Virus record (IMG/VR): IMGVR_UViG_3300034025_000029
Location: 1 to 30,856 of that record
Direction: 5' to 3' (one strand)
Length of the DNA: 30,856 nucleotides
Source of the DNA: a virus
Taxonomy: Duplodnaviria; Caudoviricetes
Made by a program: the position numbers and the translations under genes. Shown here one piece after another: positions 1-7,465 of this stretch. The notes under the pieces are model-generated. The model ran no database searches. It saw only the letters and a list, made by a program, of their open reading frames with translations, and was not told where the DNA came from. Numbering within the stretch: the stretch's first letter is position 1; every line of letters begins with the position of its first letter.

Positions 1-49
1 GTCATCCCTTTCCCCCTCTCAGCGGGACGGGTTGCGTAACCCTGGCGCA

Positions 50-121
50 GGTTCGGCGGGGTCTGTGGCGGGCCGGGACGGGTCGGAGCGGGTCCGGGTG
101 GGTTCGGACGAGGTCGGGGCT
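50..121 (+). repeat. Degenerate GG(T/C)Y-initiated decamer array with ~10.3-bp period near the probable genome end; candidate terminase-binding region
   Basis: Units start at 50, 60, 71, 81, 91, 101 and 112 (ggttcggcgg, ggtctgtggc, ggccgggacg, ggtcggagcg, ggtccgggtg, ggttcggacg, ggtcggggct). They follow a pyrimidine tract (tccctttccccctctc) and a near-palindrome gggttgcgtaaccc (29-42), just upstream of TerS. Confidence 0.45.
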
Positions 122-280
122 CCGTACACCGTTCGGGAGCGGCTGGACGCGCGTCGTGTCCTGACGGCGACGGAGGTTGCGGCTGACACGGTCGTCACGG
201 TCCGCTCGGACGGGTCGCGGAACGTCTCGAAGCCGATGCTGATCGGTGGCTTCGTGTTCTACGACGACGTCGAGGGCTGA
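98..280 (+). CDS. Small hypothetical protein (start uncertain; frame open from 32)
   Basis: Open frame ending 6 nt before the TerS start, with GTG at 98. No recognisable motif. Confidence 0.3.
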   Translation: MGSDEVGAPYTVRERLDARRVLTATEVAADTVVTVRSDGSRNVSKPMLIGGFVFYDDVEG

Positions 281-286
281 TCGGTC

Positions 287-739
287 GTGGTGACGAAGGT
301 ATGTCCGTGTGGTGTGACGTTCGAGGCGAAGTCGGTCAACGCGAAGTGGCACAGCGGGACGTGTCGGCAGCGGTCTGTGCGGTCGGGGACGCCGTCGTCG
401 CAGGCTGTGGCTCCGGATCCGTCGTCTGCGGCGAATCCTCCGTCGCAGACGAGTGCACAGCAGCGTCGGTCGCAGGTCGGTAAGGCTGGCGAGGCGGTGC
501 TGCGGTCGACGAGGGCCGAGCTGCGGAAGCTGGGCGCGGTGGACACGCTCGAGGGTGCGCAGGCGGTGCTGTTGGCGACGCGGATCGCGGATCCGTCGGA
601 GAACGGGTCGAGTGTGGGTCGGCTGATGGCGGAGCTTCGGGTCCTGATGGGGGAGTTGCGGGCTGCGAAGCCGGCGGCGGATCCGGTGTCGGAGGCGCAG
701 TCGGCGGCGTTCCGGGTGGTCCGGGGCGGTGTGGCATGA
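287..739 (+). CDS. terS: Terminase small subunit with N-terminal Zn-finger-like motif
   Basis: CPC...HSGTCRQR N-terminus. The helical C-terminal half (AQAVLLATRIAD...SVGRLMAELRVLMGEL) resembles actinophage TerS. It lies upstream of TerL. Confidence 0.65.
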   Translation: MVTKVCPCGVTFEAKSVNAKWHSGTCRQRSVRSGTPSSQAVAPDPSSAANPPSQTSAQQRRSQVGKAGEAVLRSTRAELRKLGAVDTLEGAQAVLLATRIADPSENGSSVGRLMAELRVLMGELRAAKPAADPVSEAQSAAFRVVRGGVA

Positions 740-918
740 GCGGCGTCTTCATCGAGTACGAATGCGAGGGGTGGCGCGGCATCGTCGGACCGTTCTCTGA
801 TCGGGCAGCCGCGGACCGCTGGGCGAGCGATCAGGCCAACGATTCGACCTGGCAGGGCGCGACGGTCCTCGAGCCAGTGGCAGCGTCCGCAGCGATCCTC
901 CGGGGTGGTGTGGCATGA
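720..918 (+). repeat. 20-bp direct repeat (720-739 and 899-918)
   Basis: tccggggcggtgtggcatga vs tccggggtggtgtggcatga, 19/20 identical. Each encodes RGGVA-stop overlapping the next ATG. Confidence 0.9.
736..918 (+). CDS. 60-aa hypothetical protein
   Basis: ATGA overlaps at both ends. Bounded by the direct repeat. Confidence 0.7.
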   Translation: MSGVFIEYECEGWRGIVGPFSDRAAADRWASDQANDSTWQGATVLEPVAASAAILRGGVA

Positions 919-1055
919 CGTCGTGGGGTGGTTCGGCGCTCGAGGTCGAATGCCCGAAGTGCGGTGCGCGTGTCGGTGACCGTTGCGAGACCCTGACCAC
1001 GGGTCGAACGACTGACACGCACCTCGCTCGAGTTGAGGCTCGGTGGCCGGCGTGA
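915..1055 (+). CDS. 46-aa zinc-finger protein (not in ORF track)
   Basis: Manual translation MTSWGGSALEVECPKCGARVGDRCETLTTGRTTDTHLARVEARWPA. It has a CPxCGAxxGxxC...H motif, an ATGA overlap upstream and a GTGA overlap downstream. Confidence 0.75.
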   Translation: MTSWGGSALEVECPKCGARVGDRCETLTTGRTTDTHLARVEARWPA

Positions 1056-1210
1056 TCCGGCTGCTGCGGCAGTTGTTCTGGCGTCCGCGGGTCGATGACT
1101 GGTGGTGGCCGTTCGCTGAGGACGAGGACGGCGTTGCGGGTCATCATGGGTGGGACCAGGCGCGGGAGCTGGGGCGTGAGCGGGCCGCGGAATGGCGGGC
1201 TGGCCGGTGA
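1052..1210 (+). CDS. 52-aa Trp-rich hypothetical protein (not in ORF track)
   Basis: MIRLLRQLFWRPRVDDWWWPFAEDEDGVAGHHGWDQARELGRERAAEWRAGR. GTGA overlaps on both sides fill the gap exactly. Confidence 0.6.
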   Translation: MIRLLRQLFWRPRVDDWWWPFAEDEDGVAGHHGWDQARELGRERAAEWRAGR

Positions 1211-1389
1211 CGGGGTCGTGCCCTACGCCGGTGAAGGTGGCGCACGCGGATGTCGCGGCTGCTCGTCGGCATGAGGGGTCGCTGCGTGCTCGGGAGGGTC
1301 GTGCTGCGTTGGTGCATGTGTACCGCTGTGGCTGCGGGTCGTGGCATGTCGGTGGTCCGCGGAAGCGGCAGAAGCGGCGGCGCAGGTGA
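1207..1389 (+). CDS. 60-aa basic Zn-binding protein
   Basis: CPTPxK...VYRCGCGSWHV motif and an Arg/Lys-rich tail. GTGA overlaps with both neighbours. Confidence 0.7.
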   Translation: MTGSCPTPVKVAHADVAAARRHEGSLRAREGRAALVHVYRCGCGSWHVGGPRKRQKRRRR

Positions 1390-2876
1390 CGGTGCTCGCG
1401 ACTCGTGTCGTCGAACCGGTGTGGAGGTCGGAACCGCTCGACCTGACCCGGGTCCGGACGGCGGGGCCGGCGGTCGCTGACTTCGTGTCGAAGGTGTGGC
1501 ACGCGCCGGACCCTGAGCAGGAGTTGATCCTCGACGACCTCTTCGCGGTCGACGACCGGGGTCGGCCTGCACGGTCGGAGGTCACGGTCGTGGCGCCGCG
1601 GCAGCAGCTGAAGACCGACACGATCCACATGGCCGAGCTCGGGTGGCTCTTCGTCCTCGGTCTGCCCTTGGTGCTGCACACGGCGCACCGTGACCAGGCG
1701 GTCTCCCGGTCGTTCCGAGCTCTGAGGTCGATCATCGAGGGGCACCCGGCGTTGTCGTCAAGGCTCCCGTCGACGCGGGGTCGCGGGTTGTCGTCGGGGA
1801 ACAACGACCTGAGCATCGAGCTCCGCGACGGGCAGCGGATCGAGTACGCAACGAGGACCGGCGACACGGGCCGGTCGGCGACGGCGTCGAGGATCGTGGG
1901 CGATGAGTGGTTCGCGGCGACCGCGGAGCACGCCGGCGCGATCTTGCCGACGACGCTCGCGGTGGCCGGCTCGCAGGTGCTGCTGGCCAGCTCTGCGGGG
2001 AAGAAGTCGTCGGACCTGTTGCGGCAGGCGCGGGACCGTGGCCGCGGTCGACTCGACCCTCGGCAGGGGTACTTCGAGTGGGGCGACCCGGACGCGTGGC
2101 AGGGCTGCCGGTCCGGGGACTTGTGCGAGCACGAGGTAGGCGCGGAGGGTTGCGCGCTCGACGACGAGGCGCGGTACGCGAGGGTCCTCCCGTCGCTGGG
2201 GAAGCGTACGTCGCTCGAGGCGGTCCGTGACCTCCGGCAGCAGCTCACCCCGCTCGAGTTCGCGCGGGAGGTCCTGGGGTGGTGGGACGACCCGAAGTCG
2301 TCGTCGACGTTGGCGCTCCCGGGGTGGTTCGACCGGCTGATCCGACCGGACGCCGACGGCTACCTCCCTGAGCCGCCGACGGACGGGATCGTCCTCGGCG
2401 TCGCGGTGTCGGTGGGGCAAGAGTTCGCGAGCATCGGCGCCGGCGCACGGTGGGCTGATGGTCGGGTCCACCTCGGCGCGGTCGACCGACGTCGGGGCAC
2501 GCGGTGGACGATCGGCGAGCTGAAGCGGATGCAGGACGAGCTGCAGGCGCCGGTCGTCATCGACGAGAAGTGCCCGGACGCGGAGCTCCCCGACAAGCTC
2601 GACGTCGCCGGTGTCGAGACGGTGACCCGGAACCTCGACGAGGTCCTCGGGTCGGTGTCGTGGCTGATCACCGCGGTTCAGGAGCGGGAGGTGACACACT
2701 TCGGTCACTCGGAGCTCGACATCGCGGTCCGTGGGGCTGTGCCTCGTCGGGTCGGTGACCGGGTGGCGTGGGGGCGCCGTCAGTCTGTCGCGGATGTGTC
2801 GATGCTCGAAGCGGTCACACTGGCGGGGCAGGGTGTCGACGAGGGTCTGACGCTCGGAGCGTTCAACATCTACTAG
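1386..2876 (+). CDS. terL: Terminase large subunit
   Basis: Walker A-like VVAPRQQLKT, HTAH, Walker B RIVGDE, coupling motif LASSAG, FAREVLGWW and C-terminal DVSMLEAVTLA. GTG start overlaps the upstream stop. Precedes the portal gene. Confidence 0.93.
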   Translation: MTVLATRVVEPVWRSEPLDLTRVRTAGPAVADFVSKVWHAPDPEQELILDDLFAVDDRGRPARSEVTVVAPRQQLKTDTIHMAELGWLFVLGLPLVLHTAHRDQAVSRSFRALRSIIEGHPALSSRLPSTRGRGLSSGNNDLSIELRDGQRIEYATRTGDTGRSATASRIVGDEWFAATAEHAGAILPTTLAVAGSQVLLASSAGKKSSDLLRQARDRGRGRLDPRQGYFEWGDPDAWQGCRSGDLCEHEVGAEGCALDDEARYARVLPSLGKRTSLEAVRDLRQQLTPLEFAREVLGWWDDPKSSSTLALPGWFDRLIRPDADGYLPEPPTDGIVLGVAVSVGQEFASIGAGARWADGRVHLGAVDRRRGTRWTIGELKRMQDELQAPVVIDEKCPDAELPDKLDVAGVETVTRNLDEVLGSVSWLITAVQEREVTHFGHSELDIAVRGAVPRRVGDRVAWGRRQSVADVSMLEAVTLAGQGVDEGLTLGAFNIY

Positions 2877-2890
2877 CTCGGGAGGCATCG

Positions 2891-3109
2891 GTGCGGTTCA
2901 CCATCGCGGAGGTGCTCGGCGTCTTCCTGATCCTCGTCGGGTGCGGTGCGATCGTCGGGGCTGCGGCGCTCGTCGACGTCGCGCTCGCTGTCCTGGCAGC
3001 CGGCTTGCTGCTCGTCCTCGGCGGGATCCTCGCGGTGTACGTCGCGGCGGTCCTCGAGCGCGCCGAACGCGCGGCCCGGGTCGCTGAGGCCGCGAGGGCC
3101 GCGCGGTGA
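2891..3109 (+). CDS. Small two-TM membrane protein between TerL and portal
   Basis: GGAGG RBS at 2881, two long hydrophobic stretches and a GTGA overlap with portal. Confidence 0.75.
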   Translation: MRFTIAEVLGVFLILVGCGAIVGAAALVDVALAVLAAGLLLVLGGILAVYVAAVLERAERAARVAEAARAAR

Positions 3110-4341
3110 CGTTGTTCGGGAGCGTGATGTCAGCTCGTGCGGCGACGATCGAGTCGCCGACGGTGCCGATGACGGGGTCGACGATGCTCGACTTCCTGGG
3201 AGCGTCGAAGACGGCTGCCGGGAAGGACGTCACGGAGGTGACGGCGCTCGGGATGTCCGCGGTGTGGCGCGCGGTCACGGTGACGTCCGGGGTCGCTGCG
3301 ATGCTCCCGCTGCACGCGTACCGGCTGCAGGACGGCGTCCGGGTGAAGTCGACGGGGTGGGGCGCTGACTTGCTCGACGAGCCGCACCCCGACATGACTC
3401 CCTTCGAGCTGTGGGAGACCGTCTACGCGCACCGGATGCTGTGGGGCAACGCGTACCTTCGGATCCTCCGCGACCAGCTCGGGCGTGTCCGGCAGCTCTG
3501 GCCGATCCACCCCGGGCGTGTGCAGGTCGGTCGTGAGACCGAGGTCGGGTCGAAGGTCTACAGCATCGACGGCGGCGCGGAAGTGTTCGTCGGGGACGAC
3601 AAGATCCTTCACATTCCGGCGTTCGGCTACGACGGTGTCTGCGGTGCGTCGCCGGTGCGGATCGCGAGGCAGTCGATCGGCTTGGGGCTCGCGGCGGAAG
3701 AGTACGGCGCGAAGCTCTTCGGGTCCGGGTCGCTCGCTTCGGGGATCCTGCAGACCGAGCAGCGGTTGACCCCTGACCAAGCCGACGCGTTGGCCCGCCG
3801 GTGGAAGCAGAAGCAGGCCGGCCTCGACGGCGCGCACTCGACGATCATCCTCGACCGCGGCGCCCGCTTCCAACAGCTCACGATCCCCCCGCAGGACGCG
3901 CAGTTCCTCGAGTCGCGGCGCTTTCAGATCACGGAGGTCTGCCGGTGGTTCGGCCTCCCGCCGTTCCTCATGTTCGAGACGGAGAAGTCGACGTCGTGGG
4001 GGACCGGCCTCGAGCAGCAGGCGCTCGGGTGGGTGAAGGTCGACCTCGCCCGGTGGCTGACCGGTGTCGAGCAGCGGGTGACCCGGATGCTCCGTCCTGG
4101 CACGGTCTACGCGAGGTACTCCGTCGAGGGTCTGCTCCGTGGCGACTCCGCGGCCCGCGCAGCGTTCTACCGGCAGATGTGGGAGCTCGGCGCGCTGTCG
4201 ACGAACGAGATCCGCGCGTACGAAGAGCAAGCCGGCGTCGTCGGCGGCGACCAGCACTTCCGTCCCCTCAACTTCGGACCACTCGACGCGCCGGCAGAGC
4301 TGCCGGCACCTACGACCACGGAGGTCCCTGCCGATGCGTGA
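3106..4341 (+). CDS. Portal protein, HK97 family
   Basis: SAVWRAV, LWGNAY, LWPIHP, ILHIP, DAQFLESRRFQITEVCRWFGLPP, LLRGD and STNEIRAYE motifs. Confidence 0.96.
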   Translation: MTLFGSVMSARAATIESPTVPMTGSTMLDFLGASKTAAGKDVTEVTALGMSAVWRAVTVTSGVAAMLPLHAYRLQDGVRVKSTGWGADLLDEPHPDMTPFELWETVYAHRMLWGNAYLRILRDQLGRVRQLWPIHPGRVQVGRETEVGSKVYSIDGGAEVFVGDDKILHIPAFGYDGVCGASPVRIARQSIGLGLAAEEYGAKLFGSGSLASGILQTEQRLTPDQADALARRWKQKQAGLDGAHSTIILDRGARFQQLTIPPQDAQFLESRRFQITEVCRWFGLPPFLMFETEKSTSWGTGLEQQALGWVKVDLARWLTGVEQRVTRMLRPGTVYARYSVEGLLRGDSAARAAFYRQMWELGALSTNEIRAYEEQAGVVGGDQHFRPLNFGPLDAPAELPAPTTTEVPADA

Positions 4342-5176
4342 CGTCACGATCGACCCGAAGCTGCTGTCGCAGGCGCTCGCCCGGTCCGCGCAGCCGTTGC
4401 ACCGCTTCCACGGCGCCCGGACCCCGTCGGACAAGGCGCGGACCCCGGTGGCGTACGCGGCGCCGGCCCGGGTCAGCGACGACGGCGTCGCGAAGCTCCG
4501 CCTGTACGACGTGATCGACTCGTGGGGTGGCCCGTGGGGTGTGTCGGCGACGGAGTTCGTCGAGGTCCTCGACGAGCTGCCGGCGGACCTCGAGCGGATC
4601 GACCTGCACCTCAACTCCCCGGGCGGGGAGGTGTGGGAGGGGTTCGCAATCATGAACGCGCTTCGGCAGCATGGGGCGCCGGTCCGCGCGATCGTCGACG
4701 GCCTGGCTGCGTCGGCGGCGTCCTTCATCGCTGTGGCCGCGGATGAGCTCGTGATGGGTCAGAACACCCGCCTCATGATCCACGACGCGCTCGGGGTGTG
4801 CATCGGGCAGGCGAAGGACATGCACGAGTTCGGCGACTGGCTGTCGGACCTCTCCGATGAGATAGCCAGCATCTACGCGTCGAAGGTCGGGTCGCCGGCA
4901 GCTGTGTGGCGCGCTGCGATGCTCGCAGAGACGTGGTACTCCGCGCAGGAAGCGGTCGACGCGGGACTCGCGGACCGCATCGCTGGCGTCGAGACCGAAG
5001 ACGACACCGAGGACACCGCCCCGCCGCCGGCGGACCGCTTCGACCTGGCAGCGGTCGGTGCGAAGTACGCCGACCGCTGCGAGGCTCCCCCGCCGGCGGA
5101 CCTCGACGTGCTCGCCGCGACCCTCGACCGGCTGCGTCACGCCGGCAACCGTCACGGGCTGAAGCGGCCCGCCTGA
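4334..5176 (+). CDS. ClpP-like (S14) capsid maturation protease
   Basis: LHLNSPGGEV, GLAASAASFI (catalytic Ser), LMIHD (His) and ETWYSAQEAVDAGLADRI. GGAGG RBS before ATG 4334. Confidence 0.94.
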   Translation: MRDVTIDPKLLSQALARSAQPLHRFHGARTPSDKARTPVAYAAPARVSDDGVAKLRLYDVIDSWGGPWGVSATEFVEVLDELPADLERIDLHLNSPGGEVWEGFAIMNALRQHGAPVRAIVDGLAASAASFIAVAADELVMGQNTRLMIHDALGVCIGQAKDMHEFGDWLSDLSDEIASIYASKVGSPAAVWRAAMLAETWYSAQEAVDAGLADRIAGVETEDDTEDTAPPPADRFDLAAVGAKYADRCEAPPPADLDVLAATLDRLRHAGNRHGLKRPA

Positions 5177-5186
5177 CCCCCTGATC

Positions 5187-5260
5187 ACCTGCGGCGCCGG
5201 ATGTGTCGCAGGTTGCCCGCCGCGTCCGCGTGCGGGTCGTCCGCAACGCGGAGGAAAGGA
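5187..5260 (+). promoter_or_regulatory. Structured leader of the major capsid gene (two hairpins then RBS)
   Basis: acctgcggcgc-cggat-gtgtcgcaggt (11-bp stem with GU pairs) and tccgcgtgcgg-gtcgt-ccgcaacgcgga (one bulge), directly followed by ggaaagga. Confidence 0.6.
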
Positions 5261-5267
5261 ACACGGG

Positions 5268-6530
5268 ATGACCAGCACCAGCACCCTGCAGAACCTGCGA
5301 AGCGAGCGGGCGAACCTGTGGGACCAGATGTGCAAGCTCATGGACACCGCGGAGACTGAGAAGCGTCCGCTGTCCGGCGAAGAGCGGGCGACCTACGACC
5401 GCCTCGAGAAGGACCTCGACGAGAAGGGCGCGACGATCGACCGCGCGGAGGCGCACGCGAAGCGCGCAGCCGCGTTCGACACCGTCGAGACCCCGGGCCG
5501 CGCGGCGCTGACCGGTCCGACGGGCCGCGACGAGTCGCCGAAGGACCAGGCCTACGCGCAGGCGTTCGCGACCTACATCAAGCGCGGACAGAACGCGCTG
5601 ACCGGCGAGCAGCAGCAGATCCTGCAGACCGGGTGGATCGAGTCCCCGTCGAACGCTGGCGGGGTCGGAACGGGCGCTGCCGGCGGCTTCACGGTGCCGC
5701 CGGCGTTCCGCAACCGGATCGTGGAGCAGGTGACCTACGTCGCGGCCATGCGGCAGCTGGCGGAGGTCATCACGACCGACACGGGCGCTTCCCTGCCGTG
5801 GCCGACGGTCGACGACACCGCGAACGAGGGCGCGATTCTCGGTGAGAACACCCAGGTCACGGAACAGGACTTCACCTTTGGGCAGGCCAGCCTCGGGGCG
5901 TACATGTACACCTCGAAGATGGTCCGGCTGTCGCTGCAGCTGATCCAGGACAACGCTTTCGACGTCGAGCGGTGGCTGTCGGGGGCGCTTGGTGCACGGA
6001 TTGGTCGGGTGCAGAACCGGCACTTCACCGTCGGGACCGGCACGGCGCAGCCTCTCGGGGTCATCACAGGTGCCCCGGTCGGTGTGGTCGGCGCGACGGG
6101 GCAGACGACGTCGGTCACCTACGACAACCTCGTCGACCTCGTCGACAGCATCGACGCGGCCTACCTCGGGTCGGGGAACGTCGGCTTCATGATGTCGCAG
6201 GCCGCGCGCCGGTCGCTCCGGAAGCTGAAGGACGGGCAGAACCGTCCCCTGTGGGAGCCGTCGCTGCAGGCCGGCACTCCGGACCAGCTCATGGGGTACG
6301 GCCTGACGATCAACAACTACGTCCCCGCGCCGGCGGCGTCCGCAAAGTCGATCGCGTTCGGCGACTTCCGCGAGGCGTACGTCGTCCGCGACGTGTCGGA
6401 CTTCGCTCTGCTGCGGCTGACGGAGCGGTTCGCGGACTTCCTGCAGGTCGGCTTCATCGGCTTCCAGCGGTCCGACGGCACGGTGCAGAACGGGTCCGCT
6501 GTCCGGACCTACCAGCACAGCGCGGCCTGA
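5268..6530 (+). CDS. Major capsid protein, HK97 fold, with N-terminal coiled-coil scaffold (delta) domain
   Basis: Coiled-coil N-terminus, GGFTVP, LSLQLIQD, GTGTAQPLG, LRKLKDGQNRPLW, IAFGDF and FQRSDG. Confidence 0.97.
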   Translation: MTSTSTLQNLRSERANLWDQMCKLMDTAETEKRPLSGEERATYDRLEKDLDEKGATIDRAEAHAKRAAAFDTVETPGRAALTGPTGRDESPKDQAYAQAFATYIKRGQNALTGEQQQILQTGWIESPSNAGGVGTGAAGGFTVPPAFRNRIVEQVTYVAAMRQLAEVITTDTGASLPWPTVDDTANEGAILGENTQVTEQDFTFGQASLGAYMYTSKMVRLSLQLIQDNAFDVERWLSGALGARIGRVQNRHFTVGTGTAQPLGVITGAPVGVVGATGQTTSVTYDNLVDLVDSIDAAYLGSGNVGFMMSQAARRSLRKLKDGQNRPLWEPSLQAGTPDQLMGYGLTINNYVPAPAASAKSIAFGDFREAYVVRDVSDFALLRLTERFADFLQVGFIGFQRSDGTVQNGSAVRTYQHSAA

Positions 6531-6549
6531 TCCTCGCGCTGACCTGATC

Positions 6550-6627
6550 CCTGCCGGGGCCGGCTGACACGCTGCGTCCCACCCATCCGAGCTCGGCGCC
6601 CGTCGTCGATCAGCCGGCCCTGGCAGG
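6550..6627 (+). terminator. Long stem-loop after capsid gene (terminator, attenuator or mRNA stabiliser)
   Basis: cctgccggggccggctga (6550-6567) pairs with tcagccggccctggcagg (6610-6627): 18 bp with one GU, 42-nt loop, no U-tract. Confidence 0.55.
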
Positions 6628-6684
6628 CCAGCAACACCCCGGAGCAGCACCCGCACCACTACCGACCGAACAGGAGACAGCGTC

Positions 6685-7047
6685 ATGGCGGAAGCCAGCA
6701 GCACCACGAACACGACGAAGGGCAACACCGCAGTCCCGAATCAGGGCGACCACGACCGGGTCCAGATGCTGTCGGTGCGAGCCGACGGGACCCCCGACCA
6801 GCACAACCCCGAGCTCATCGGGGAGGCCGACGCAACGCTCGCTGCGACGCAGGAGCAGTTCCGTCAGCAGGCGGTGTCCGCTGCCGACGTGCAGCGTGTC
6901 GACGCGGGCGCGGCGGGTCCCACGACGGTCGTCGAGGACGCACCGCAGGACCCGTCGATCAAGGCGGTCCAGGACGAGCACGAGAAGATCGTCGGGCAGG
7001 CTGACAAGGCTGCTGCGTCGGTCGTCTCGTCGCTGTCGCAGGGCTGA
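6685..7047 (+). CDS. 120-aa acidic hypothetical virion/assembly protein
   Basis: AGGAG RBS. Position between capsid and adaptor. GC3-biased codons. Confidence 0.8.
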   Translation: MAEASSTTNTTKGNTAVPNQGDHDRVQMLSVRADGTPDQHNPELIGEADATLAATQEQFRQQAVSAADVQRVDAGAAGPTTVVEDAPQDPSIKAVQDEHEKIVGQADKAAASVVSSLSQG

Positions 7048-7052
7048 TCGAC

Positions 7053-7094
7053 CCGGGCCGCGCTCCCGTTCGGGAGCGCGGGGGCGCGGTCCGG
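7053..7094 (+). terminator. GC-rich hairpin with two alternative pairings
   Basis: ccgcgctccc-gttc-gggagcgcgg (7058-7081) is a perfect 10-bp stem. The 5' arm can instead pair with gggggcgcggtccgg (7080-7094). No U-tract. Confidence 0.5.
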
Positions 7095-7123
7095 ACCTCT
7101 TCCCACTCTGACTCGGGGGCGAC

Positions 7124-7465
7124 ATGAGCGTTACGACACTCGATGAGCTGAAGTCGCTTGTCAGGTTCGACGGCGTCCTGAACGACGAGCCGTTGCAGCA
7201 GACGCTCGACGCGGCGGAGACGATCATCGCCCGCCGGCTCGCACCTTCCCCGTACGTCGACCCGCTGATCCCGACCGCGCTGCTCGGCCCGCTGCCGGCA
7301 GACCTGAGGCTCGCGGTCGCCGAGCTCACCCGTCACCTGTGGAGGCCGCGGCAGGGCCCGTCCGCGCGGGGCGCGCAGGAAGCGCCGTCCGCGCCGTCCG
7401 CCGAACCTCCCCGCGTCCGTGAGCTGCTCGAGCCGTTCACCCTCCCGGGGATCGGCTTCGCGTGA
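7124..7465 (+). CDS. Head-to-tail adaptor (gp6/gp15-like)
   Basis: VTTLDELKSLV...LQQTLDAAETII...PADLRLAVAELTRHLW...PPRVRELLEPF pattern and synteny. Confidence 0.8.
   Translation: MSVTTLDELKSLVRFDGVLNDEPLQQTLDAAETIIARRLAPSPYVDPLIPTALLGPLPADLRLAVAELTRHLWRPRQGPSARGAQEAPSAPSAEPPRVRELLEPFTLPGIGFA

Noticed and set aside
50-121. CRISPR-like or iteron array
   Set aside because: Units are about 10 bp, degenerate and contiguous, with no spacers. No cas or rep gene is adjacent.
6531-6684. Possible tRNA or known riboswitch in intergenic gaps
   Set aside because: No cloverleaf, T-loop (GTTCRA) arm context or CCA end, and no aptamer consensus I recognise. Kept only as an unexplained stem-loop.
1758-6728. 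Long antisense ORFs (e.g. 1758-2888, 3130-4728, 4773-6728; likewise 19265-21235)
   Set aside because: They are shadow frames of strongly GC3-biased genes. They are rich in R/V/P/G, have no motifs or RBS, and lie opposite confident structural genes.
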